The notes under the pieces: model-generated
Told to the model about the DNA's origin: nothing
What the model saw: only the letters and a program-made list of their open reading frames with translations
The model's database searches: none
NCBI GenBank assembly: GCA_964304625.1
Contig: OZ199838.1
Span: forward strand, 11,247,608-11,311,607
Source: Kudoa neothunni
Lineage: Eukaryota > Animalia > Cnidaria
DNA: 64,000 nucleotides
Direction of reading: 5' to 3'
In this document: positions 27,335 through 44,700 of the stretch, piece after piece
Position numbering within the stretch: the stretch's first letter is position 1
Layout of the letters: the number at the start of each line of letters is the position of its first letter
Program-made: the position numbers and the translations under genes

Positions 27335-27934
27335 AAGATCAGCAACCTCACAAGCGAACCCACTTTAAGTAATCTTATTGAAGATCGGCAGCACCTGCCC
27401 TATGATATACCTACGTGGCACTCATTCAATCGTATTTAACAAATAACATTTTCAAGCGGCGGGGTTTATTTTGAATATTTTACATATGATTACATAATTT
27501 TTTCCCGTTTCTATTATATATGAAGCCAACTGGAAGGTTTATAAGTTGAAGGAAAAAATAGACCATATAAATAGAATTAATCTGTCGTTTAAATTCGGAT
27601 AACAAGAGTGTTATTTGTTAGAATAAGTCATCTCAGTTGGTTGATAATAATTTTTTTTCTTAAATATTTACCACAGAATTGTTTGAATTTCTTTGAATGC
27701 GTAATTCGATCAATATCTTATCGATGAATTTGATTTTTTAAATGTCTATTAGGTTCCGACCTAATTATTTTTGACGAGTTTATTAAGCTCCGAATAATTT
27801 TCTGTGTATTATTGTGAAACGGGTTACTAACTTAAAATCTTCGCTAAAATTAAATTACGATGTTAACTTAATTTCTCATAAATTTTTTGTAATAAATATG
27901 ATATAAATTAACTTTAGTCTAGTTTTTTATATTA

Positions 27935-30900
27935 TCCAGATCCCTGAATTCGGCTTGTTTCGCGCATCTAAACTTCCCGATTGTCTCATGAATCAACTTA
28001 TCACGATTTATAAGATGGTTACGAATAAAAATTTAACATTTTTAATTTTAATAATTTCCTAAAAACACGCGTTCGGACGTCATTGTTACACGAGCACCGC
28101 AATGCGCGTGCTTCATCATTTATGTTTTCATCAATCATTGGCTTGTAGAGTTTTACTAATATTGTTTATTTATAATACTAACATCTATATTTTCTATTTA
28201 ATTCTTCTTAACTACTTTTAAGTTTGTATCGGCTGTATATAATAGCGGTAATGTTATATCCCGTGACTGCAAAAATACACCATTACGAGGCTTGTTTTTC
28301 GCTTTAATTGGTTATGGTTATTTTTACATAAAAAAGAAGATGGAGCAAAGAGAACCAAATCAACATAATTGGATCTAAATTCCGATATTTTCTTGCCTAT
28401 AATCTTCGGGTTGATCGATTTTTAAGCTGAATTGTTAACCTTCTGAGCATTTTTGGGGTCCATTGGACCCCAGCACGAATGTCGAGGGGGTTTTGCGGAT
28501 CATCCGTTGTCTACGATGCCGACTTTAATATTACTATTTCTCAAAAATTTAATGAATTTTTTAAATATTTTTTAATCATTTGAGATTTCCCTCTTATCGA
28601 GATTTTATATCAATTTTATACACCTAGCGTTTTATGGGGTCTAACGGACCCCACATTTTTTTCATAAAAAAGATTATAAAATTATGAAAAGAAAAATTGC
28701 GAGATTATAAAAATTTCTATCTTTGCAATCTATTAGAAAATTCGAGTTTGTTGGTTTCTGTAGGTGTGCGATTTCACCCGATTGCATCTTTGTTGTGAAA
28801 TTGGAGTGGTTGACCACGAATTTCCTACTACCGATGAATCTGATTTCAGCGAACTCGAAGATGATTATTTGGATGATTTTGATCATAACAATTTATACGT
28901 GGATAAAAAGATGTTGTGGGGATCCGCTATGCCAGCCACTACAAAATCTAGAAAAGAAAATGTGACGACGAAAAATCCAGACATCGCTGCATATGCAAAC
29001 TCACGGATTTAGAATATTTATGATTGTTTTACATTATTCTTCAATGATGAATTTGATCAAATCGTCATTGCAAACACTGACAAATATGGAGCTTTTCATT
29101 ACTGTGAAAAATGGAAGATGCTAAATATTATTTAATTTAAAGCGTATATTGATATTTTAATTTACATGTCAGTATTCAAATCCGAAACAGAATCATTCAA
29201 ACAATTATGGAGTATTGTTAAGGGCGGGAGATTTTTCGAAAGATTATGCCATTGACCAGGTTTGCACAGATTAACAAAAGTCTCAATTTTGATGACTATG
29301 AGACTAGAGAAATGCGTAAGGTCAACGACAAATTCTTCTACATAAGGGATGTATTTGAAAAATGGAAAAATATTTACCCGCAATATATCTGTCTATCTCG
29401 GTAGAAACAAAAATGCCCATAGAGCAAAAAATGTTGGAGAAAATGTCGTTTTGGATCTTTGTTCCTATTTAAAAGAAACCAGTTGAAACATCGTATGTGA
29501 TAACCATTTCACATCGGTTTCATTGAGGAAAAAACTTATTGATCTAAATTTAACATTGTTAGGAACACTCAGACATAATAAAAGAGACATCCCGCCTATA
29601 TTGAAGCCACGAAAGTCAAGAGAGGTTTTTTCGTCTATCTTTGTATTCAATGACAAAAATATGCTATTATCATATGTACAAAAAAAAGAATAAGGCAATT
29701 ATTTTACTAGCTACTTCTTCCAACAACACAAATATTACAGATGATCAAACAAAAAAACCTGAAGTTATTGTGGACTACAATAAAACCAAAGGAGGCGTGG
29801 ATACGATCGATCGAATATTGTCAATGACGAGCGTAAAAAGGTTTACGAAAAGATGGCCAATGGTGATTTTTTACAACATGATTGATATAAGCCTGATAAA
29901 ATCCTAATACTTATACAAAGTCGTTTTCAAGAACCCCAGTATCTCATGAAATCAGTATTTGGAATAGTTGGCAGATTTATTAATCAAACTTTTTGTCGGC
30001 AGCGATGAAAATATTCTCTCTGCATCGAAGAAAAGATGTAACATTTGTTCTAGGTTATCCGATAAAAAAACAAAAACACGCTGTTATAAATGATCGAAAC
30101 ATTTCTGCAATAGTCAGCCAAAAATCATTCGTTGTAACTGTGTAGATCAACCTAACAATTGATTTAAACTTATATTTTATTTATTACTTTGTTCGTATTG
30201 ATACATTCTTCGATCATAAATATAAAATTGCAATAGATCGTAGTGCAACATGTATATCTAAGTAGCCAATGTTAACAAAATAGGTGTCGTTGTGATTGTT
30301 ATATCTGAGGTGATAGACAGAAAGTTTGAAACACTTAAATATATTTATAACCTTAAGAACGTTTATTATTTAAAATGGTACGAAAATAATGAAATAAATT
30401 CTAATAATACCATAATTCATAAAAACTGTACCAGCGGACTTTTAAGTATAAGTTTGTTAATTTGTTTCTAATGGTAATTTGTAGATAACATTTTTCATTA
30501 TAAAAAGCGATTTAATCGAACTAAATTAGAGAAATAACTAAAATAAATCGTAATTTGTTATTCAGCAATTTCCGAGGTACATCGGAAACACAGTATTTTG
30601 GAATTATTATTTTTTCTCTACGATAGAATTTTTTTAAGAACTGAGAAACTTTTTTTTACAATTTTTGAAACAGAATAAACGAATAAAAACCAGGGATCCA
30701 TTGGACCCCAAAAAACGCTTGGTGTATAAGCATAGGCGGGTTTGGCATGCTCGAAAGGTTAGATAATAATTTATAGTTTTTTATTACGGTAGATACTTAT
30801 TTCACGGTAGTTGAAGGTAAATAATATTCTGAAATATTTTAGCTTACTCGTTTGAAAATATCTTGTTTTTAATATTTATTTGATTCATCCAATTAAGCAT

Positions 30901-32445
30901 AAATCATAACATCTAAAGTAATTAATAACGATGATCAATCTGGACAATTATAAGCGCTTACATCATTTTTTGATTCCTAAACAAATTACCGGATAGTAAA
31001 TTACAGATGTTTGAATCATCACAAATATACAAGCTTCAACTCGCTTCGACTATGTATGCGCTAATCAAATGCGGTAATGTTTATCAATTCAACAGCAACA
31101 TAAGGAATATAAAACAAGGACTATCATTATTAACGTCTCGAGAAAATACCACAATTATTTATCTATTTATCCTTTAAATATAGTTCTTGTTGCAAGATCA
31201 AATTTATCCATGTTTGGTAAATTATTTTGTAGAAATATTAATTTCTTCATTAATCCTTAAAACTTAATTATCCAAAAATTTATCATCTGTTTGTTTAATT
31301 TTTTAAATATTCAAGTGTTTTCTTAACGTTTTGAAAAAATTACCTTAATTTTATAAATTTAAATAAATTATGTTGAGTGGTTTAATGATTTAGATTTAAG
31401 TTGGCTGATTTTATTTATTTTTATACGGAATAAAAAAATTATTAAAAACACCTTTGTACAACGAACAAATCTGTATCACGATTAAATGTTATAAATAAAC
31501 CCTCTCATTAATAAATGTAATATATATCATTTGTCGCTTAAACATTGTATTAATATTTATAATAATACTTCACTAAATTGTATAAATGTCAACTCGATGT
31601 GAAAATAGAAGAACACATAAATTAAGCAAAACCGAAAAATAAACCTAAATTTTGGCCAAAAAAACAAAATATGAGAAAAACTAAAATCTAAGAAATGTAA
31701 AAATAATTATAAGGCTAAAAGGATATGCGTTCCATAAAAATATTCGAACAGAATAATTTTGTAACTCTCAATATAAAAATTAACGTTAATCTTTGTTTTA
31801 TGAATCAAGCTTATTTACACATTATATCCCGTGTAGCAAGATACTCTAATTATACAAAAACTTTAATTGCGTTAATACAAAAAATATCATCAATTATAGC
31901 TTCTATAATTTTTACAAGACAACGTTGATCCTTATAACAAACATAAAACCAATTAATTGGTCAAACAAAAGATTGTAACATGGAAAATATTGGAATTTAG
32001 ATCCAATTATTTTGATTTGTGTCTCATCGTTACATCTTATTTTTTATGTAAAAAATAACCATAACCAATTAAAGCGAAAAACAGGCCTCATCATGGTGTA
32101 TTTTTGGAGTCACGAGGTATAACATTAACGCTATTACATACAGTTGATATGGACTTAAAGTAGCTAAAAAAATGAAATAGAAAATATAGATATAAATATT
32201 ATAAATAAACAACATCGGTGGAAACTCTACCGGCCAATAATTAGTGAAAACGTAAAGGATGAACCATTCGCATTGTGATGCTCGTGTAAAGATGATGCCC
32301 GAACGCGTTTTTTTTGGAAATTGTTAAAACTAAAAATTTTGTTAAATTTTCATTCGTGGCCATATTTTAAAATCGTGATAAGGTGGTTCATGAAAAAAAG
32401 GGGGAAGTTTTGATGTGCGAAACATGCGGAAATCAGGAAGCTGGA
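27935..32445. mobile_element. Long-TIR (foldback-like) element, arms ~27935-28392 and ~31983-32445
   Basis: The ~460-bp arms are reverse-complement similar throughout (e.g. TTTTCGCTTTAATTGGTTATGGTTATTTTT vs AAAAATAACCATAACCAATTAAAGCGAAAA); ends TA|TCCAG ... CTGGA|TA. Confidence 0.85.
28439..30758 (+). mobile_element. piggyBac element with decayed transposase, nested in the long-TIR element
   Basis: TTAA|CCTTCTGAGCAT ... ATGCTCGAAAGG|TTAG; motifs VCDNHFTS, LLGTLRHNK, DYNKTKGGVD, KRWPMVIFYNMID; Cys-rich C-terminal remnant. Confidence 0.92.
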
Positions 32446-33309
32446 TACTCCCCCATTACCGTCTTTATTCTGAAATACAAAATTACATATATTTAAATAA
32501 ATCGGATTTTTTGTCTACTTCCATAGAAACACTGTTTGTATTTCATCTATGCTACTTTAAATAGCATGAATTGACTTTTCATGTTTTGCATAAACCATAA
32601 TAAATGTCTATTTGACAATAAATAGCTTTTTGGTATGTGATTTATGTAGTTTAGCGCCATTTTTGTATTTAAAATATTGACTACTGGCACGCATTAATGT
32701 AATCCTTACAAAAGCTTTGCGCAATTGCGTCAAAGTTTGATCTCAAATGATTCTGTTTCATAAAAAATACAAAATTAATCGTTGAAAATCATGCATGAGT
32801 AAGTTTTTGTTGTCTTTGGAAAAACTGGATCAATTAAAATTGAGACTGGATTATTTAAGTGTGAACTAATATGAACTTTATTTTAAGCTTTTTCCTCATT
32901 TTAACCTTCTAAGTTATTTGAAAACTACCACCCTTCGACAGATTTGTTGGTGAAAATGACTACATTTTTTTCTCAATTAATACCTCAATAAAATTATTTT
33001 AAAATGATTTGCATAATATACAAAAATGTTGTCGAATCAATTTTGAGAAAAACCTTAACCACTGTCTAATTTAATCCTACTAATCCGATTTGGCGTTCTT
33101 ATTAATTATTTAACGAAATTTTTGGCGCTCAACTAAACTCCCAAGTTTTTCATATAAGGAAAAGCAAAAAATAATAAAACTGTACCGAAATCTAGATCAA
33201 ATGATGTTTAATTTCATCAGTCGTTACGACAATAGTTGGTTTTTAACAAAATCCGACGAATTATACCGCGAGCTCGTTAAATCGGATTATGTAAGATTAA
33301 TTATTGTAA

Positions 33310-34479
33310 TCCTTTATATATATAAAGGAGGACTGTCTTATGTTTGTGTGTGTGCCCAAAGTACGCATGTGCGGATAATTTTTTCCTTATAGAGAGGCAT
33401 ATATGAAATTTTATAAAAATTACAATGTTTCAAAAAATCTTTAAATCGTTGCACACTATCAAATGTTCCAAGAAGAGTTTAGAAAATGGTGATTTTGTCA
33501 AACGGATTACTTGAGTTCAACAATAGGATTAACATATGCTTATTACCTGCTGATGGTCGGTTGAAGTTGACTTGCCTCCTTATATTCCCAATCAAATGTT
33601 CATTAACTGCTGCAATCTATCTTTATGTACAAGTTTGGCGTTTCTATTTGGGTGTCTGTTTAAATACGCTCCTTATTTATGGGGTTTTAACGTATATGAC
33701 TTGATAAGTATATTTTATAAGTTCTATTAATGGTTTTCAATGTGATAAAAAATCTATATACGTTTCATGAATAACGAATAACGAATAACGAATTTGTGGA
33801 GAACGTTAAAGTTACATTGACTGAAGCGTTATAATGGAAATACTGCGTTCATAGGTTTCATTAAATCGTCCGCTAAGTTTTACTTTACATGATTAAATCC
33901 AATGCGGATGGTTGTACTTTTATTTCACCAAATTATTTAAATTGTTTAAGTTGAAGTCGACGCGATTTGTGGCTGTTTATGATAAAAAGCGCTTGAATGT
34001 TTATGCCGAGCTAAACGATGTTAGTTTTAGCAATATCGATTAATTTTCTTAAGTTTTCTTCTATCTCTTTTATTTGTTCTACTTTTTTATTTCTTAAAAA
34101 GTTGGCGGTGCACACAGTTACCGAGCCGAGCCAGAATTCGACTTTTAAAAATCCTCCGGGTCAAAAAATAACGTTTTAGTTAACACTTTAACGGGATTTA
34201 AATAATTCGTAATAAAAAAATACAACGCTGACCTTAACTTGTTTAGCGTTGGTGCAGAGCCACGAAATTTTTAAATGGACGCAGGGATTGATACTTTCCT
34301 TCACAGAAATTATCATAATTTAAATTGCATAATCCAAATCGTTATAGAAAGTTGCTTAAAAATTTTTAGTTGTTTTGTTTCTATGGGTTAATTCGAGATT
34401 TCAATATATTTTTTGAATGCTATTCAAAAACGCCTCTAGGCAAAATCTTCCCCAAGCAACGTTGGGCAGTTCGCGCTAG
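33310..34479 (+). mobile_element. Non-autonomous Helitron, copy 2
   Basis: A|TC 5' end; hairpin CCCAAGCAACGTTGGG (34451-34466); CTAG|T 3' end; no TSD or TIR. Confidence 0.85.
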
Positions 34480-35669
34480 TAAATATTATTTATCTCCAAA
34501 AGATAGCAATAGAATTTATTTTTATCTCCACGATCATTTCAAATAAATTTTTTGAAAACAAAGAATTAAAAAAATTAGGGTCATTTTTACCTCAAAGTTC
34601 GTTGGAGATAATTATTGTTCACAACTAATACATGATTATTTTTATTCCGAACTTTTCCTTATGGTATATGTCAAGTATTTAAGAGAATAGCGAAAATCTC
34701 ATTAATTTTAAAGAAAAATGATAGATTTTACGGGAGGATTAATGTAAACTGTTATCTATTTATGAGTAATTTTTGGTCATATACTCTGCTACCATATAAT
34801 TATTTCCATAGATACACAAACCGGAATATGACTGACTACAAAAAATTCATTATTATTTTTTCTCATGATTTTAATTTTAAAATGACATGTATAATGTTCG
34901 ATATGTAATTTTTGAAATAACTCGGGGAAATATCTTGACAACTTTTTTAATTAGAGCCCTGTGTTCACCTTGAGAAAAATCATACTTAAGCTTATGATGA
35001 TTCTGAGCTAACCATTACATATCCCATAAATGCGATAGGGAACGTTCGTAGCATCAGAATTTTTAGCCTTTTTAGAAAACAATATTTTTTCATAGAAAAG
35101 TCAAGTAATATTTATTTATCTGAATAGCATAATTCACCGAATACTTGTAATCAATTGCCGATTCCGATTGAATAGATATGAAAAAAAGGCCGACAAATTA
35201 TATAGCTATTGGTTTATTTATAATTGTATGCATAATTAAACAATATAATAGTATAATGGTAAAGAAGAGATAAAAGTATAGGCATTTTTAGAAAAAAACC
35301 GTACTACCTTTTGAAATTTGTATTCGAAAGAATAGCAACAACCAAAATATAAATAGTTTAAGAGGGTTGTCTGATAGAAATATCAGTAAAAACGAGAAAT
35401 ATTGAAATGATATTTTCCAGAAATAAAATATTTAAGCCAATTTTATCTACAAATGTTTAATAATATATTTTATTACGCACAAAAATATTTGTATCGCTAA
35501 CAACAGTCACTCCATTTATTGAAATATATATGTATACGGACACCATCTACTTATCCCATTTACGTATAAGTGAATTCGACACGAAGATTTCGATTAGACA
35601 AAGGTATAATCAACCAATAAACACTTCCAACTGAACAACTAAGGCAGGTGATACACTATAACTTGGAAG

Positions 35670-38910
<3,241 letters not shown>

Positions 38911-40880
38911 CTCTTATGGAATATAACAATGAGTCTTTAAAGTCTAAATTTTGTTGAGATATAAATGTGTTTTCTATTTCCTACACGCTAACTATACCGT
39001 AGCGGGATGGCTGAATTTCCTTTCGTATTTTTTGACGTGGGTTTGCAATATTAACTATTAGAACGTAGTATTTCTATTTCTAAAAATCCAGGAAGTTAAA
39101 ACTTCAAACAAGAAATATTTAAAAGCTTTTCAAAATGTTTCCTTAAAATATTACAACATTTTTTAGATTAATCATATAAGAAAACTGAAAAAATTTAACA
39201 ATTAATTTTTGTCTCTTGTAAGACAAATTTACAAAAATCATAGGCGTATATTATTTCTAAATATAACCCAAATAAATCATAAATTTTTTAAATGGAATCC
39301 ACTTATATTAGCAGAGTTATTATTCAAAAGTAATATATTTAAAAATTACGTTGAGCTCGCTAAAAATAAAAATTTTTTTATTCGGACCTTGATTAAATTA
39401 TGTTTGATCGAAATAATTAAATATGATATTAATTTTATGGGATCCTTAATGTAAAGACTAATAATAGTAGCATAAATACAATAAACAAAATATTGATGAT
39501 TACTCTAAAACTGCGCTCCATGCGACAGTGTACTTAACACTTAAGAATTTTTTTTAAAGTTAACAAGAATTTTTCAAAATCATCTCTTAAATAATTCAAT
39601 AAAATCTGTTATCATTTTAAAAGACTGAAAATAGAGTATTATACATTTAATATGTACATCATCATACATGAAAATGTATACGTATATACATATATATATA
39701 TATATATATATGGGATTTAGTCGTTATTTTTTAATATCAAGGAAAAACGAGACAATAAAATTATTCTCTATTAAATACGAATTTTCGCTAGAGTATAAGA
39801 TGGCGCTTCCCGATTCTTTTTAGTTTCCGCACCCCTACCACTTATGAGGACAACTCCGCGTCCCTTCTAATAAAAGAGAAATAAAAATGGATTTATTTTT
39901 AGGCGGGAAAATGTCTCTACTTAAGTCACACGGAATGAAAAAAGCCGCCTACTCTGACAACAAAACAAATGTAAATAAAATAAATACAACTGATAATAAA
40001 TTAAATGTGTCTTTTTCTTGCATTTTTTGGACATGATCAAATGCAAACGAGGTCTTTTATTATATAAAGATGTGCATAAATCATAATTTGTAAATTAACT
40101 AGATATAATATTTGTATGCAAAATATCATGTGAATAAGTGCACTTGCGCAGACTGTTGGATTTTGTTGCGTTTTTGCTTTGATTATCAATTTAAAAATTA
40201 GATGAAGGAAATAAATAAGCGACACAATCTTGAATGGAATGCTTTAGTTTATATAATTTTAGAGTGAAAATTGGTTCCAACTTAAAGTATACAAATTTAA
40301 AAATTTCGTTATAAAAACTTAATTTTGATATTTATTAAAATTTAATTCTTAGTTGTTTCTTAATTAACATAAAAAATAATAGTACCAATTCTAAGGATTC
40401 AGAATATTTAATAATTTGTTCATTTCTTCAACCAAAAGGTGAATATTTCATAAATGATTATTTCGGCCAATTAAGATTTAAACTTAATAATTTAAATATG
40501 AATAACGTAGGAATAAAATTCTATTTATGTTCTATATATGTAAAAATAGAAAATAGTAGCTCGACATCGTCAATTAATTTTTTGTAAAATTAACCAAAAG
40601 ACTTTTGGTTACCAGACTTAATTCAGATTCGATTGTGCCTATGCTTATACTTTCGAGAGAGAATCGATTATTTAGAATCGGATACATTAGATACAAAGCA
40701 TGATCGGCCGTCTAATTTAAATAGTTGATTGAAGGTTTGAGTCTCGCATCTCCATTAGGGAATATCAATTTTATAGGAATGTCGAGCCAAAATTAAATAT
40801 AGTTTTCTTATGTCACGCATTGATGTGTTCAGAATAATTTGAAATAACGACTTTATCACTTTTGAAGGGTTCAAATAGCT

Positions 40881-41564
40881 ACGGTAGGCAACCGATAATA
40901 CGCATTAAACAATACGCGTGCGACTATTTTTTTAAATTTTTTTATTTTTCATCATGGGTATTACACCTTTTAATTAAATAGAATAAAAAAATTAAGATTA
41001 TCTGGCTGAAAAATAATTATTTATTTTTGTTATAATCACATTTATTGGTAAAATATTTCTATCCTTTTACACCGAGTTAAAATTTAGTGGTCATTTCTAA
41101 AAAATTGTAAATACTATTTTACTTCTCATTCATTTTTAGCGCAATATGATTTTTTTCATATTTTTATCCTAAAATCTTTATTTATGTGCATCTATAACAC
41201 TCTTTTACTGGTAACTAACGTTGTGTTGAAATTAACTTAATTTAATTTTAATTTTCATGGAAATGATCATTTTTTGATAGATATCTCAAAATACTTGTTC
41301 TATTCATTAAAAAATTCAACAGTCGGAATTAAAATTTTTCCCTTATTTCCAATAAAACAATTTAATCTACGTGACTTGGCCGAAAAATGCGTATTATCGG
41401 ATAGTCACGTGAGATAACAGATTGGTAGGTTCCTTGTTTAATTTAAAAATATTTGTAAGACTTTTATCTTTCTACAATTAAAAAAATATCATAAAACGTT
41501 TCACCTAATATAAACTTTGAATACGTCATATCGACGAAAGTGCGTATTATCGGTTACCTACCGT
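40881..41564. mobile_element. MITE of unassigned superfamily
   Basis: 24-bp TIRs ACGGTAGGCAACCGATAATACGCA and TGCGTATTATCGGTTACCTACCGT; internal partial copy near 41388. Confidence 0.7.
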
Positions 41565-41700
41565 GATATAAACCGAAAAATTTTACGGCGATTATCAAAA
41601 ATCCGATTATGGATGAAAACCCCGGAAGCCGGAAATAAGCAGGCCATAAATTCAAAAAAACAAGCATACAAGCAAATATACATCCATAAAAATAAAATGT

Positions 41701-44700
41701 TTAAAAAAGTTGTCTCAAAAATTCACAACAATCCAAATCGATCTGGTCCTCGTTGTAATCATGCATTTTTTTGATCACTTGGGTTAACAAATTGGAACAA
41801 GTTTTACGCGTGATTCCGAAATTTTTATTGAGGACCGCATCAAATATTTGTTGCCAAAAATTTTTGTCCCATGAGCGTTTCACGCTATTGGTTATTTTCC
41901 AAGTGATACCATCCTTGGTGGTTACTTTGTAAGGTTTCATGTAGCTTTTGAACATTAGAACGTGGACGGATGCAATAATTCCGTACACATCAACCTACCG
42001 ACATCCAATTAGTATTGCAAAATTAAATTGATTTTAATGTTTAGTCGGTTACAGCAAATTTCCATGGTTTGTTTTCAATCATCTCGATACATTCGAAATC
42101 AGGTGTATTTGATTTTCCAATGAATTGTACATCGTCGCACGAGTCAAATAATGCAACATCAATACAGCGCCCAAAATCGATCAGCTTCAATGACACCGCC
42201 CACTCATCCTTTTTGTTTATTGTTGTGGGGCTACAAATTACACACAAATCTAAATAGTGTGACCCAGAAAATCATTCATTACTCCATTAGAAGTATATTG
42301 TCAGGTTTTATATCTCCATGGAGGAAATTGCACTCATGCAACGTCGATATCATCTCTAATAGTTTCTTAAGAATTGTTAGCACGGTGGATTCACTAATCT
42401 GATAGTTTGGGTGTTGTTTCAATCTATTACCCACATCCTAAACGATATACAATAATTTTGGTTGGATTAATTAATCGGCTATTTTACCAGTAACGAAAGC
42501 GCTTTGTAATAACTATAAATCATAATCGATTTTGCCGGAGTTACAATTATACTACGGGGATTCATAAAATAAGAGCACTAAATTCACAAGTCAATTATAC
42601 GTGAACACTCTTCCCATTTTCCCCTTGACATTAAATGCAACAGAGGTGAAAGAATAATGAAATTATTGGTATGGTGGTTAATATTCAACAAAATAATACT
42701 AAATTTATCGTCTCGGTTTCAAATGATTCACTACAATTTCCGAAGGTTGGTGTAATGGATAATCGCGAGTTCGAACCCCAGTTTAAAACGTGATGGCGCC
42801 GTGCCGCTCTGCTGCTTCTCGCGCATATACATCAACTTTGATTACAACCTTTATAAGTTGTAACCAACGATTACAGTTAGAATTTTTTAGTAAGCAGCTT
42901 TTTTGTGATTCATTCCGCGATTGATACGAGAAATATATTTTTAAAGTTACACGGCGCATACGTGTTACATGTCTATCACAAAGGTCACCAAAGTTTGGGA
43001 CTGGCGGGCCGGATTAAAATTTTTTTCAAAAACTTGTTATAAAAATTAAACAAACATAAGGAAATTTAGTTCTGGACGTGAAACATGAAACTGATTTCGG
43101 TTCGATAACGGTGTATCCCGTCTCGGCAAAAAAAGAGTAATTGAAATCATACGAAATGCATTAAGATGTTTACCTGACAACGAATTCTTGAGTTAACCTT
43201 TAATATATTTCATTTTTGAGGCTTCAGTGGGATAACAAACGGCCTCTCGTCTAATGTATCATCGAAAAATGAGATATTAATCATATTGTTGGTTGTAATT
43301 AAGAATTACGATTTTTTCATGCGAAAATTTATTACTTATTAATTTAATTATATCCAAGTTGTGTGGATGCTAATAAATTGCGCCCTGATTGAGTTTTAAA
43401 TTTTTTATTATTTTTTTAATAACCACTATTTGGATATAAATATATAATTTATAAAATACTGTACTGTACTGTATATAATACTAGAAAACATCTAATGAAC
43501 GATGTGTATTCTCATCATTTAAAATTTACATTATAAAATCAATTAGACTCAATGTGATTAAAAATTAGGATAATCAATTATATGAATCTAATTTATAAGT
43601 TTAAATATCTAATACATTTACCTTATTAGAAACATTGGAGGAAAAAAACCTTGAAACATATCTTATTGATTTGTATATTTTATATTCGGAATCTTGCTAC
43701 ATTAGTATGTCGATCTTTTTTTATTTAAAAAACAATTAAATAAAATCATCATAAGTAATTAAAAGATAAGATTTAATCACGTTGATCTACTAAAGTAATG
43801 TATCGATGGCCTTCAAGGGAACCGATACGGTTAAGTGTACGCAAGCGCATTTGAGCATTAAGGGGAACACCGCGGGCCATACTTTGGTGATCATTGGTCT
43901 ATCATACGCTGGGGTTAAATTTGAAATATTGCAGTTGGTTCTTACAAATTTAATCTTAAATATCGTCACATGCGCACAATTAATTTTAGTCATCAAACAC
44001 CAATATTGATGATACAGTTAATTTTTTTAAATTTTCTATAATTAAAACTATACAAAGAAAATTAAATTGGATTACGTTAATAAATATTTTCCCTTAAATT
44101 TTACCACTCCAATAACTTCAGTCGTGTAAAAAATGTACCATCTGGGGAGCTTTTAAACTGACCCTTCTCCCCACTTCACGACAAGCATAAAATTCATAGA
44201 TTCCAAATAAGGCATTATCTTGAATCTGACAAAAAATCAATCACATCAAGTAGGATACAATCAACCAAACACACTTTCCAAGAGTTTCTTTTTATTTTTG
44301 AAGAATCACGTGGAGCATTTTTAGGAAAACTAGTACGAACTAAAAACACACTAGCGAACCCGCCTTCACCAACAAATGATTCAACCAACCATTTTTCATT
44401 TTCTACAATAGAACCATTGAGTTCATATAAGTTAAAAGATAACAAGATTTAAAACTACCATAACAAAAAGTTTTCCCTATATCAATTTTGAAGGGTGTAT
44501 CATCGCTAAAATGATGGAACCCTTCATAGTTTTTTATGTGTGGCGTGATCTTTTTGGCGATTTCAAGCTGAACCTTTTTATTGAATATATCTATGAACTG
44601 ATTATGTTGTTGCTCGCTACGCTTAGCAAAAAAGTCATTCAAGCTTTTAGCAATGCACGGAAGAGATTTTCTATGGGATGGGGATTGTACAATGTTCGTA

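Noticed and set aside
38995-40886. TACCGTAGC / GCTACGGTA inverted match as element ends
   Set aside because: Only 9 bp, and the right copy overlaps the TIR of the 40881-41564 MITE.
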